DNA from: Hypanus sabinus
Lineage: Eukaryota
Direction of reading: 5' to 3'
DNA: 64,000 bases
Assembly: GCF_030144855.1 (NCBI RefSeq)
Contig: NC_082721.1
Coordinates: 27,404,001 to 27,468,000 of the forward strand
A program made the position numbers and the translations under genes. This document shows positions 25,483 through 37,560 of the stretch, one piece after another. Under the pieces are notes generated by a model, which was not told where the DNA came from, did no database searches, and was given only the letters and a program-made list of their open reading frames with translations. The stretch's first letter is position 1; each line of letters starts with the position of its first letter.

Positions 25483-26529
25483 TGATCTTTCGGACTATTC
25501 TAGTGCTGTTTAGTTATTGTGGCTTTCTGAAGATTTACATAGATATTACTCTGTAGCCCTAATAGTTTAATACTATTATGCAGTCCCTTCGGGATGACAC
25601 GAGTTGTAGATATTACTAGTGGGACAATGTATACCCAGATCATGTTCCATAGTCTGTCAATTTCCTCTTCTAATTCAGCATATTTCTGGTGTTTTTCACT
25701 TCTGATTTCTGTATGTTCTGTGTGTTTGGAATAAGTTGTTCTTGCTTTTTATTTTGTGTTATATCCAGACATTTATTATGGACTATTATTATTATTATTT
25801 ATATTTTTATATTTTCACAGCTTGTTGTATTTTGCACACTGGCTGTCCGCCCTGTCAGTACAGTCTTTCGTTGATTCTATTAATGATTTATCAAGTATGC
25901 CCACAAGAAAATGAATCTCAGGGTTTATATACGGTGACAGGTATGTACTTTGTCACTAAATTTACTTTGAACTTTGAATTCTCCGTGTGGGAATATTTCT
26001 GCTCTACTTTCTTAGGAGTTTGCATAGATTCAGCATGTCACCAGAAACTTTGACAAATGTTTATAGACACACAGTGGAGAGCACCCTAACCGGTTGTATT
26101 GTGGCCTGGTATGGAAACACCAATGAAAATAAACAGAGCAAAATAGTTAAGGTAGTGTTCAGAGGTTCATGGACCATTCACAAATCTGATAGCGGGGGGG
26201 GGGGGGGGGAAGGGGGGCGAATCTGTTCCGAAAACGTTGAGTTAAAACTAATCTAATAACCACACAGCTCATTGTAAATACTGGGTTGGCACAGGCGATG
26301 TGTGAAGGGAAAAGACTACGGAGAGCCCGGTCTATCCCCACCAATGAGTACGTTTACACGGTGTGTCACCTGAAGAAAGCAGCGTTCTTCATCAGATACC
26401 AGCCTTGCCCCCTTCTAACTTCTGTCACTGGGGAGGAGATACAGAGGCCTTCACAAAACAAGGTGGACAAGCAACCAGCGTGCAAAAGAAGACAAGTTGT
26501 GCAGATACAAACAAACAATAACCATATAA

Positions 26530-26823
26530 CAATCACAGCACGGAAACAGGCCATCTCGGCCCTCCTAGTCCGTGCCGAACTCTTAATCTCACCTAGTCCC
26601 ACCTATCCGCACTCAGCCCATAACCCTCCACTCCTTTCCTGTCCATATACCTATCCAATTTTACCTTAAATGACACAACTGAACTGGCCTCTACTACTTC
26701 TACAGGAAGCTCATTCCACACAGCTATCACTCTCTGAGTAAAGAAATACCCCCTCGTGTTTCCCTTAAACTTCTGCCCCCTAACTCTCAAATCATGTCCT
26801 CTCGTTTGAATCTCCCCTACTCT
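26530..26823 (-). mobile_element. CR1 LINE 3' end
   Basis: TRGHDLRV…FFTQRVIAVWNELP. Confidence 0.85.
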
Positions 26824-27671
26824 CAATAATAATAACAACAAACAATAATAATAAAAAGAACATAAATCAGAGCAGCAGGATACAATACAACCAATGGATG
26901 AATATGAAACATAAGTATCTGGGACATAAAGAAAATAGACCAGAGTGTGATAAGGGGAAAACTTTCCACAGAATTTACTTCCAGGCTTAAGAAAATCTGC
27001 CAAACAGACCTCAAAAGTAAAAAGTAAAAAGGCAATAAACACTTTCACTATGCCCATATTAATGTATTTTTTTGTCATAGTATCTTGGTCTAAAACCAAC
27101 CTGAAAAACTTACAACAAAAAATAAGAAAAATGACAAATTTCAGAAAAAGTACTTAGATTAACACTAGCTAGGACAGAAGGAGGAAGCGGAATAACAATT
27201 ACACAACAGTTGGATAAAACATCTAAGAATATATTTTCATCAACAAAAACAGGGTTCAGCACCCCACGTGAGATTACACAATTCTGATAAGAAATTCACA
27301 CCACTGAAATTAAATGAAAGCACAAGCCAGAAAAATGCAGAAATCATCATTATGGAAGAAAAATTCATCCAATGAACAGCACGACCCTCCACGGAAGACA
27401 TCCCGATGATCTGAGCAGGCTAGATGTTGACAAGGAAGCTTCGAACTGCCCGGCTCAGAGTTGGAGACCTCTTCCCAGAAACAGAAGGGTTCCTCGTGGT
27501 AATACAGGGCCAGGTGGTTAACACCAAAATTATCACCAAAATATGTAATAAAAAAACAACAAATTGAAGACAATAAATGCAGAAAATGCCAAGAGAAACC
27601 AGAAACAACCTAACACATAACAGGATCCTGCAGCAGTTTAACTGAAGCTGATTACTGACACAAGCATAATC

Positions 27672-28465
27672 AATTGAATTGAATTGACTTTATATCCTTC
27701 ACATACATGAGGAGTAAAAATCTTAATGTTATGTCTCTGTCTAAATGTGCAATGTGCAATTTATAGTAATTTATGATAATTTATAATAAATAGAGCAGCC
27801 AAGGTAACATGGAAATAAACTCAAATCAGTGTGAGTTAATCAGTCTGATGGCCTGGTGGAAGAAGCTGTCCCGGAGCCTGTTGGTCCTGGCTTTTATGCT
27901 GCGGTACCGTTTCCCAGATGGTAGCAGCTGGAATAGATTGTGGTTGGTGTGACTCAGGTCCCCAATGATCCTACGGGCACCTTTTTCACACCTGTCTTTG
28001 TAAATGCCCTGAATCATGGGAAGTTCACAACTACAGATACGCTGGGCTGTCCGCACCACTCTCTGCAGAGTCCTGCGATTAAGAGATGTACAGTTCCCGT
28101 ACCAGGCAGTGATGCAGCCAGTCAGGATGCTTTCAAATGTGCCCCTGTAGACAGTTCTTAGGATTTGGGGGCCCATACCAAACTTCCTCAACTGTCTGAG
28201 GTGAAAGAGATGCTGTTGTGCCTTTTTCACCACACAGCTGGTGAGCACAGACCACGTGAGGTCCTCGGTGATGTGGATGCCGAGGAATTTGAAGCTGTTC
28301 ACCTCAACCCCAGATCCACTGATGTCAATAGGGGTTAGCCCGTCTCCATTCCTCCTGCAATCCACAACCAGCTCCTCTGTTTTTGCGACATCGAGGTTGT
28401 TTTCTTGAAACCACTGTGTCAGAGAGATGTCTTCTTCCCTGTAGGCCACCTCATTATTGTCAAGT
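27672..28465 (-). mobile_element. Rex1/Babar-like LINE 3' part
   Basis: KTEELVVD…FKFLGIHITEDLTWS…ESILTGCITAWYGNC…RLRDSFFHQAIRLIN; short tandem tail aattgaattg. Confidence 0.88.
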
Positions 28466-28914
28466 GGCAACCGTGATTCAACAATATCTTGCTTTAAAAT
28501 ACAAACTCTTAAAGGACACCAGACCTGACTATAACTACAACCGTGATTCAGTTTCAGAGTCAGTTTTCTATATTTCGACCAATCCATTATTACAGATCAA
28601 AGAATCCATAATAACCGTCCTGATATAATATTACAGGATAAACAAACAAGAGCAACTTACTGAATAGATACAGCCATTCCAAATGTACGTAGCACACAGA
28701 AATCAGTAAGAGAAAAACACCAGAAATACGCTGAATCAAAAGTGGAAATTGAAAGACTATGGAACATGAACAGAGTGTACAGTGTCCCAATAGCGATAAT
28801 TACAACTGCCATCCCAGAGTCACTACACAATAGCATCAAACAATTTGGGCTACACAGTAATATTTATGTAAATTTTCAGAAAGCCACAATACTAAACACC
28901 ACCAGAATAGTATC

Positions 28915-29385
28915 GGATATGTCCAGACATGGCCTCCTCTACTGCCATGATGAGGCCAAACTCAGGGAGGAGCAACACCTCATCTACCGTCTGGATAGAG
29001 TCCAGCCTGGTGGTATGAACATCGAATTCTCCAACTTCTGGTAATTCCCTCCCTCTTCCTTCCCCCATCCCAGTTTCACTCTGCCTCCTCCTCCAGCTGC
29101 CTATCACCTCCCTCATGATTCTGCCTTCTTCTACTACACAATGCTTCACCTTACAGTCCTTCTTCACCTTTCCTGCCTATCCCCTCCCCCACCCCTTGAT
29201 CTTTCCTCTGATTGTTTTTTCTCCTGGCACCTACCAGCCTTCTCCTTCCCACCCTCCCCCCACCTTCTTTATAGGGCCCTTGCCCTGCTCCTTCTTCAGT
29301 CCTGATGAAGGGTCTCGGCCCAAAACGTTGAATGCTCGTTTCCACGGATGCTGCCCGACCTACTGAGTTCCTCCAGCTTGTTTGT
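28915..29385 (+). mobile_element. Penelope-like 3' fragment with pLTR
   Basis: EEQHLIYRLDRVQPGGMNIEFSNF; cctgatgaagggtctcggcccaaaacg at about 29301. Confidence 0.8.
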
Positions 29386-30462
29386 ACCACCAAAATAGCC
29401 TGTAAGCTCCTAGCAACTGACAAAAGAGTGTGCCTGGCTATGCCCGTACCTCAGGTTTTACCAGCTTCAGCTAGGAAAAATTACAACAATAATACTAAAT
29501 AATAAATGCTGCTGAGAATATGAGTTGTAGATCCCTTTGTAGGCTACCTCATCAAGTAGCCCGTGGACTATCGGAAAACCTGGTTCTGGACCTGGAAGGA
29601 GACAAAGCAAATGGAATACGTGGCTGGAAGATAAATGCAGCAGAAAGTGTGGGACTAATAGATGTGTGACGCCGTTTCATGGCAGTCAAGGAAACATCTC
29701 ACAGCTCCAGCACTCCTGACCTCCAGCGTTGTCTTCTCCATCTTTCCTCTCACATCCCAACGATGTACTGACGGTTTGGATAATTGGCTAATGCAAACTG
29801 CCCTATGAAGGTGGGTGTTAGGAGAATTGAGGATATTAATGGACATGTGTGAGAAAACAGCTTTCTTGGAAGTAGATGAAGAATGAGTTTTCTCTGGGCA
29901 CTAGCATTCATTTGATGGGTCAAATGGCCTATTACAGCAGAAAGCAGCATGAGGATGCTGGTAATGTCTGTGGGGGAAAAAAGTAGAACTAAGTTAATAT
30001 TGCATATGGTTAATTTTTTATTAGTTCTGATACAAAGAGGATAAAATGAGTTATACTAAATTGTAATATTTGATACAGAGCGTCAAAGGTTGAAACGGGT
30101 CCGACTAAAATTAGCTGATCTACCTCAAGCCTAGTATTGGCTTCTTTTGATCAATCAAATATATTTCCCTTGCCTCGCCAATTTAAAACCTTTTCTCTCT
30201 TTTCCTGTTCTGATTAAGAATTTTCATCCTGAAGATATTAACATTCGTTCCTGCCGGAAATGCTGCATACATCCGCTTGTTTTAACATTTATCAATCCGC
30301 AAATCATGTTGGCAATGTTCCTATCTTTAAGTCGCGTATAATTTCTCCTGGAAAATAAATGTGTTTGTAGGTTATTGAAAGACTTGGTGTCATTCTTCAG
30401 ATTTTTGTTTTGGCCAAAATATATAATTTTTTTTCAATTTGCTGGTTTCGTTCAGATACTTT

Positions 30463-30476
30463 CACTTCCGCCCCGC
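30463..30476 (+). promoter_or_regulatory. ETS (CACTTCCG) site overlapping a GC box (CCGCCCC)
   Basis: cacttccgccccgc at the edge of a CpG-rich island, about 150 bp upstream of the 30615 ATG. Confidence 0.55.
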
Positions 30477-30614
30477 TGACTGAGGCATAAGTAGAGCGTC
30501 TGTATGGATAAACTTTATTAACAACAGTCTTTTGCCCCGCACTAAGATGGTGTCCATCTCAATAAACTTTATTGACAACGGTTTCGGTTTCCCTATCGGC
30601 GAGTGGACAGAAAA

Positions 30615-30938
30615 ATGGAGGAAGATATCAGCAAGGTTGATGGACCAGAGGGCGCCAATAGGCCGCCCTGCAGCAATGATACCAAGAGGCACAAAGAGAT
30701 GGAGAACGTGGCCCTGCAGAGCAGCCTCAACAGAGAGGTCCAGCAGGAAGAGCAGAAGCCGAGGCAAGAGGAGAAGGAGGGCAAGGATGGGCCGGAGCTC
30801 ACGCAGACCGACCACCTCAATAAACGTCTCCTCACCTCCTTCCTGGAGAAGATCAACCAGCCCAACTTCAGCTTCCCCAACCTGCTGCAGCTCGGTAACT
30901 TGCCTGAAGACTCCAACAAGATGCTGGAGGATTGGTGA
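30615..30938 (+). CDS. Uncharacterised small acidic protein (107 aa), apparently single coding exon
   Basis: Strong Kozak context AAAATGG; GC3-rich codons; CpG island; no TE motifs; helical motif ELTQTDHLNKRLLTSFLEKIN; AATAAA at 31531 and 31552. Confidence 0.65.
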   Translation: MEEDISKVDGPEGANRPPCSNDTKRHKEMENVALQSSLNREVQQEEQKPRQEEKEGKDGPELTQTDHLNKRLLTSFLEKINQPNFSFPNLLQLGNLPEDSNKMLEDW

Positions 30939-31974
30939 GTCCGTGGGAAAGCCTGGCACCAGCACCAGGGAGGGCCGAACATCAGATTTCCCGACTAGAC
31001 CAGAGTGGGTTTCCTGGAAACACCTAAATACATTCTTCTATGTTGTCCACTTTAAGATGAGACTACGGCCTACACCCTATCAATTGCAACACCGTTTATA
31101 AACTATTACGTTCGATATTGATCAGAAATTCGACAGCAAAGTGGCCACAACTATTGGCTTTCTGGTCCAAATTGAAGAACTGGTCGGTGTGATGGATTCC
31201 CATTCTTCTTCGATGATGTCCAAAACCTGATTCCCTTCATAGCCTGGGCCAATGGATACTGTGGTTGAAAGTTTGTACGAAAATAGTTTAAAATTAACAA
31301 GGGTTTGGAGTCTTGCCTGATTTTTGTCTTTCAGTTCTTGGTTTACGTTTATGTTTTCATAAGCAAATCTGAAAGTTGCTAAACGGCCAAAATTCACAAT
31401 TGATGTTATGTCTCACATTTGAAGCTTTCCACCCTGTCAAATTTACAATTTAAAGTAACGTAGTGCAAAGTCTGTTTTTCAGAGGATGCTAATTGAATAA
31501 TCAGTTGGAGGAATGTTTATCATTTGAAGAAATAAAGGTTTTAGAACATAAAATAAATAGGAATTGGTGTCCACCATTTAGCCCTTCAAACCTACTCCAC
31601 GATTCTACAAGGTCATGTCTGATCTTCTCCCTCAATGCTATATTCCTGCCATTGCCTCACATTTCTTGATTTCTGTAATACCTTTAAAAAAAACCATGTC
31701 TGTCTTGAATATTATCAACGAATTGGGATGGAGATTCCAATGACTCACCATTCTCAGAGGGGATTTTTTTTAAAAGTTCAATCCCAAATAGCTTGCCCCA
31801 CATTTTAAGGTTGTGATCCTTATTCTGTTTTTTTTTGCTATGGAAAACACCGGCACCCTTTAGACCCCCAGAAGAATGTGTTGTCATTTCTGAACAAAGT
31901 CTGAAGAATAGAAGACAAGCCATATTTGCTGAACACCCGTGCTTTGTCATACCGATCTCCCAGTTGAATGTCAT

Positions 31975-33290
31975 TTCAATTCACCTTCCCATTCCCAAAC
32001 CGACCTGAAGTCCTCGGCCTTCTCCATTTCCATGGTGAGGCAAGATACAGACTAGAAGAACAACACCTCATATTTGCTGGGAAGTCTACAATGCAGCAGT
32101 GAGGACATTGAGTTTTCCAGTTTCAGGTAATTCCCCCCCCCCCCCTTTCTGCTTGTCACATTTTTGTTCTTTTCCCCCAGTATCTCCATCACCCGATTTT
32201 TGCACTCTCTATGTCCCACCACCCACCAGAACCCTCCCCCATCTGGTGCCACCATCCTCTTCTCTTCCACTTAACTGGTTCCCTGTATTACCTTTATGGA
32301 TTCCAGCACTGGTAGCCCTTGTATTCCACTTAGTCACCCTCCAGCCTCTAACTCAACATTCACCCTGCCCTCCCTCCACCTGCCCTTTGTCACACCTGTC
32401 ACCCACCCACTTGTCTCTCACCTCTACCACTCCCTCTTCTCCAGCTGGCTCCATCTACCCATCTTCCTTCACCCTTCCTTGACACACCTTTGCCTTGCCC
32501 CTCTCCTCGTCACACCGCCTATCTTCCCTTTCATCAGTCCTTGCACAGGGCATAGACCAGAAACATTGACACGGTGTGGACCTCCAGCGGTTTGTACATT
32601 TTGCTTTCCTCGTGACGGATTAATGGTCCTAGGGACCAACCTTAGATCTGTCCTGCAGTCACCCTCTAAAATGCCTGCTTCTGATTTCCTGACCCTAACT
32701 GTACACAGTACTACAGGTGCAGCATCACCAGGCCTCAGGTAACTTGGATCTCTTGTCTCTGTACTCAGTCCTGTATCAATAAAAGCTAACATACCATCAG
32801 TCATGTCAGTCCATGGCCTCCTCTATTGCTGTGACGAGGCCACATTCAGGTTGGAGGAGCAACACCTTGTATTCCGTATGAGTAGCCTCCAACCTGATGG
32901 CATAAACATTGATTTCTCAAACTTACAGTAATTGTTCTTCCCCATTCCCCATCTCCATTTCCCTCTCTCACCTTATCTCTTTACCTGCCTATCACCTCCC
33001 TCTGGTGCTCCTCCCCCTTCCTTCCATGGTCTTTAGTCCACTCCCTTCAGATTTGTCCAGCCCTTTGTCTCTTTCACCAACCTCCCAGCTCTTTACTTCG
33101 CGCCTCCCCCTCTCCAGCTTTCACCTATCCCCTACCAATTTGTGCTTCTTCCTCCCCCCCACCTTCTTACTCTAACTTCTCAACTCCCCCCCCCCCCCCC
33201 CGTCCTGATGAAGGTTCTCAGCCCGAAACGTCAACTGTTTATATATTTTCCTGGCCTTTTGAGTTCTTCCAGCATGCTGTGTGTGTTGCT
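31975..33290 (+). mobile_element. Cluster of Penelope-like 3' fragments
   Basis: EEQHL motifs near 32055 and 32855; hammerhead core ctgatga…gaaacgtc at 33205-33232. Confidence 0.7.
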
Positions 33291-35628
33291 TACAATTTTC
33301 CTTCCTAACTAACAGCTGCATCCACATACTAGCTTTCAAAGGCTGTGTGCTGCAAATTCAGATCCACTGGCTCAGCAGCATTTCCAATTAGCTTCATTTG
33401 TCACGTTACGTTGAAACATACGGTGAAATGTGTTGCTTGCTTCAACTCAAATCAGTGAGGATTGTGCCACACTTCCGGTGCCAATGTAGCATGCCCACAA
33501 CTTACTAACCCTAACCATGGGCGTCTTTGGAACGTGGGAAGAAAGCAGAGCACCTGGGGTGAATGTGCAGACTCCTCACAGGCAGTGGCAGGAATCGAAC
33601 CCTGACTGGTGATCACTAGCACTGTGAAACTGTTACACTAACTGCTATGCCACCATACCGCCCCGTAATTTCTCAGTATTGTTTTAAATACTCAAGATTT
33701 CAGAACAAAATGCTAAAATGTTAGTGGTGACAGAAGAAATGTGGGTGCTGGAATCTGAAGCAATAGCGGTCTGCTGAAGGAACCCAGCGGGGGTTGAGGG
33801 GGGTGGGTAGGGAAGGGTGTGCTTCAGGGTTTTTGACCATTCCTCCCCCACCCAATAGATAGTGCTTGACCTGCTGCGTTCCTTGAGCAGACTGCTGTTT
33901 TTCTTGCAAAAAATGCACGTGGTGGGATGAAGAAGTACCCTTTTATGCGGTGGAGGCACAACACAGAAAGGGATCCTTCAGTCCACCAAGTCAGCTCCAA
34001 CCATTCACAATAATACTTGACCCCCCGCCCCATTCCCGTCCCCTCCCAGTTTCCACCAGTCACCTACGAGTGAGGACTGACCTCCCAGCTTGCCTGCCTT
34101 TGGGATGTGTTTGGAAAGTGGAGAATGTGGAGGAAACCCACACTGTGACAGAAGAACATGCAGATTGCACACGGACAGCGGGGGGTTGAGACTTGGGTAG
34201 TAGCTCTGCCCTCTACACTACTTGCTGTCCAAACTGCACTGTTTGAAGGGTGATAAAGTAGATTCAATTGGGCTGAATTTTTCAGTTCCATGGCATGTTT
34301 ATCCACCTAAATGTACACAAGCTTAAGATCTCAGAGCAGGCATATCCAAACATGGAACTCCTCAAATAAAATAATCTGTCTCTAGAACTGACTCTGGTTA
34401 CCTACCAGGCCAACTAGAACCTTAAGACTGGTAGATCCTTGAACTAGGAGAATTTTCAGGGCTTTGGAAGTAAGTGGCAAGCTTTCACAGAGCCAGCACA
34501 GGTGAATGGGCTGAAGGGCTCCACAGCGGTATAGTGGAAGAAATAAATGTTTGGTTTGTGAATGGGCTTTCAACCGAACTTGTCCTGGCTGCTGGTGACC
34601 TTCTTGAGAGGTGGGGAGTACTCCTGTGCTTTATTCGAAGTAAAATTTATTATCGGAGTACGTAGTGGGTATAAAGGCTTTGGGTTGAGTCATTTAACAG
34701 AGGGATACGCAAATTCTTACTCTCCCTTGCAGGCAAAGTATTCGTGTGACTGGTCTAATTGTGTTTTTAGTTCAAAGGTCTCCCAGGCAACCGGTAGGCC
34801 AGCCTTTTGTCAACAGCCAGTGGGTGAGTGTCATTGGCAACCAGGAGTGTATTATAACTGAGCCCAGTCGCATCATAGAGCTTGTGGCAATCTCCCATTG
34901 CGGTGGTCATCAAAAATCACGTCTGGTGGCTTTACCCCCCACCTTCCCTCCAAAAATAACACCTGCTGATAGCATTATTAGACCACCTCTCTCATAATAT
35001 AAGTAACATTTCAAAAATATATTACAAACTGAAGTATTTTAAAAATTCTGTTTTATTGGGATATTTTGCAATGTAACTTTAGAGGTGGCACTTGTGTTAA
35101 CTATCCAGTAGCTTTCACAGTGGACCAGGGAATAAACAGGGTCATTTATTGGACCAGAGGAATTCTGATTGAGGTGTTGAACATCATCAATGGTGATTTG
35201 CTGGAGTAAACAGGGAGAAACGATTTCCATTGGTAGAAGGGTTCATGACCGGGGGACACGGGTTGAAAGGGATTGGCAAAAGAACCAGAAGGGAGAGAAA
35301 GAAATGTTTTACACGGTGGGTTGTTGAAATCACAATGCTCTGCTTGGCAGTGGATGCAGTTTCAAGAAAAAGAACCTCCTGCACGGAACTCGATAAATTC
35401 TTGAAGGGGAAAATTGTGAGGGCTTAGGGAGTCTGTTCCCTAAAGCCAGTCATTGACTCTCTCCCTAATGGCCAAGGATACTCTACACTATCTTATTCAT
35501 TGAATCTCCTACCAGACCCACGGACGACATTCTCCCGTAGAATCTTTTGATGGCAAACTGTTAAAATAATCAGACTTTTCTGTGTGCAGAGATTGCCCAG
35601 TGCCCCAGGCGTGGTCTTTGGCTCTCAG

Positions 35629-35803
35629 CTACAGTGATGTGCCGTTGTTATGGTCCAGCTTCTGTTGAAGGTTCATCAGTCTCTGCTCCAGCAGTTGCTG
35701 CTGGGCAGCCTGGCGTTCAGACATGGCATCCACCTGTGACTCCAGTTTGCTCAGCTGGTTCTCGTACTTTTTCTTGGTCCTTCTGAAGGCTGCGCACAAG
35801 TTG
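35629..35803 (-). CDS. USHBP1: USHBP1/MCC-like, last coding exon
   Basis: NLCAAFRRTKKKYENQLSKLESQVDAMSERQ…NNGTSL* aligns with the MCC-family C-terminus; acceptor tttctttgtgcAG. Confidence 0.88.
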
Positions 35804-35832
35804 CTGCACAAAGAAACCATGCATTTTAATCA

Positions 35833-36077
35833 CAAACACGAGAAGTCTGCAGATTCTAGAAATCCAAAGCAGCACACACAAAAATGCTGGAGGAACTCAA
35901 CAGGCTGGGCAGCATCAATGGAAATGAATAAACAGCTGACATATTGGGCCTGGACCTTTTTCCAGGACTGAGCTCAGTCCTAAAGAAAGGTCTTGGCCCG
36001 AACCGTTGACTGTCTATTCAGTTCCATAGATGTTGCCTGGCCTGCTGAGTTCCTCCAGCACTTTGTGTGTGTTGCTT
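35833..36077. mobile_element. Palindromic Penelope pLTR-derived insertion
   Basis: 13-bp perfect TSD tgcattttaatca (35820-35832, 36078-36090); inverted arms of about 105 bp around palindrome aggactgagctcagtcct. Confidence 0.85.
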
Positions 36078-36319
36078 TGCATTTTAATCAGGCTGTTGCT
36101 TAACATGAACAGTTAATTCACTGAAAACTTGTGGATGAGTGTGGAGATAGTTTAAAAAAATACCCTGGAATGAACCAGGGGCCAGAATACGAGTTCCGGG
36201 CAGAGTTGTGTTTCAGCTGTCCAGAGCCCATTTAGACCATTGTGAAGAGTGGGGTAAGTTTTTGGAATCTCCTGAAGGAGACTGTAGTTGAAGGGGTGTA
36301 CAGAATATTAAATTATCTT

Positions 36320-37560
36320 TATTCTTCCATCCTTCACATACATGAGGAGTAAAAATCTTTACATTACGTCTCCATCTAAATGTGCAATGTTCAATCATAG
36401 TAATTTATAATAAACAGAACAGTCAATGTAACATAGAAATACACTCAAATCAGTGTGAGTTAATCAGTCTGATGGCCTTGTGGAAAAAGCTGTCTTGGCT
36501 TTTATGGTGCGGTACCGTTTCCCGGATGGTAGCAGCCAGAATAGATTGTGGTTGGGTGACTCAGGTCCTCAATGATCCTACGGGCCCTTTGGACACATCT
36601 GTTCTTGTAAATGTCCTGAATCGTGGGAAATTCACAACTGCAGTTGCGCTAGACTGTCCGCACCACTCTCTGCAGAGTCCTGCGATTGACTGAAGTACAG
36701 TTCCCATACCAGGCAGTGATGCAGCCAGTCAGGATGCTCTCAGTTGTGCCCCTGTAGAAAGTTATTAGGATTTGGGGGCCTATATCAAACTTCCTCAACC
36801 GTCTGAAGAGAAAGAGGTGCTGTTTTGCCTTTTTCACCACACAGTTGGTGTGTACAGACCATGAGAGATCCTCAGTGATGTGGATGCTGAGGAACTTAAA
36901 GTTGTTCACCCTCTCAACCCCAGATCCATTGATGTCAATAGGGGATAGCCTGTCTCCATTCCTCCCGTAGTCCACAACCAGCTCCTTTGTTTTTGCGACA
37001 TCGAGGGAGAGGTTGTTTTCTTGAAACCACTGTGTCAGAGAGATGACTTCTTCCCTGTAGGCCACCTCATTATGGTTTGAGATAAGGCCAATCAATGTAG
37101 TGTCATCTGCAAATTTAATTAGCAGATTAGAGCTGTGGGTGGCCACAGAGTCATGGGAATACAGAAAGTAAAGCAGGGGACTCAGTACGCAGCCCTGAGG
37201 GGCTCCTGTCTTGAGAGTTGGAGGGGTGCCAGTGCTCTGACAGGAAGTCCAGGATCCAGCTGCACAAGGCAGGGTGAAGGCCAAGGGCTCTGAGCTTCCT
37301 GACGGGCCTAGATGGAATTATAGTGTTGAATGCTGAACTGTAGTCCAAAAACAGCATTCTCTCATAAGTATTCTTCTCCAGATGTGTAAGGACGGTGTGT
37401 AGAGCTGTGGCTATTGCGTCTTCTGTCGATAAGTTGTGTCGGAGAATTGTAAGGTGTCCAGTGTGGGTGGTAGCAAGCTCCAGGTGTAATCCTTGACCAG
37501 CCTCTCAAAGCATTTGCTTACTATTGAGGTGAGTGTGACAGGACACCAGTCAGTTATTCC
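36320..37560 (-). mobile_element. Rex1/Babar-like LINE RT
   Basis: [48 protein letters not shown]. Confidence 0.9.

Larger units (their letters stand above)
26855..29485 (+). mobile_element. Degenerate R4/Dong-like LINE with restriction-like endonuclease, interrupted by two insertions
   Basis: 28600-28910 encodes HNNRPDIILQDK…ID-AIP…KY…IERLWNM…VP…QKATILNTTRIV; both ends abut (TAA)n-like runs. Confidence 0.65.

Noticed and set aside
30462-30982. Minus-strand ORFs of 167 and 129 aa
   Set aside because: Antisense shadows of the GC3-rich plus-strand CDS.
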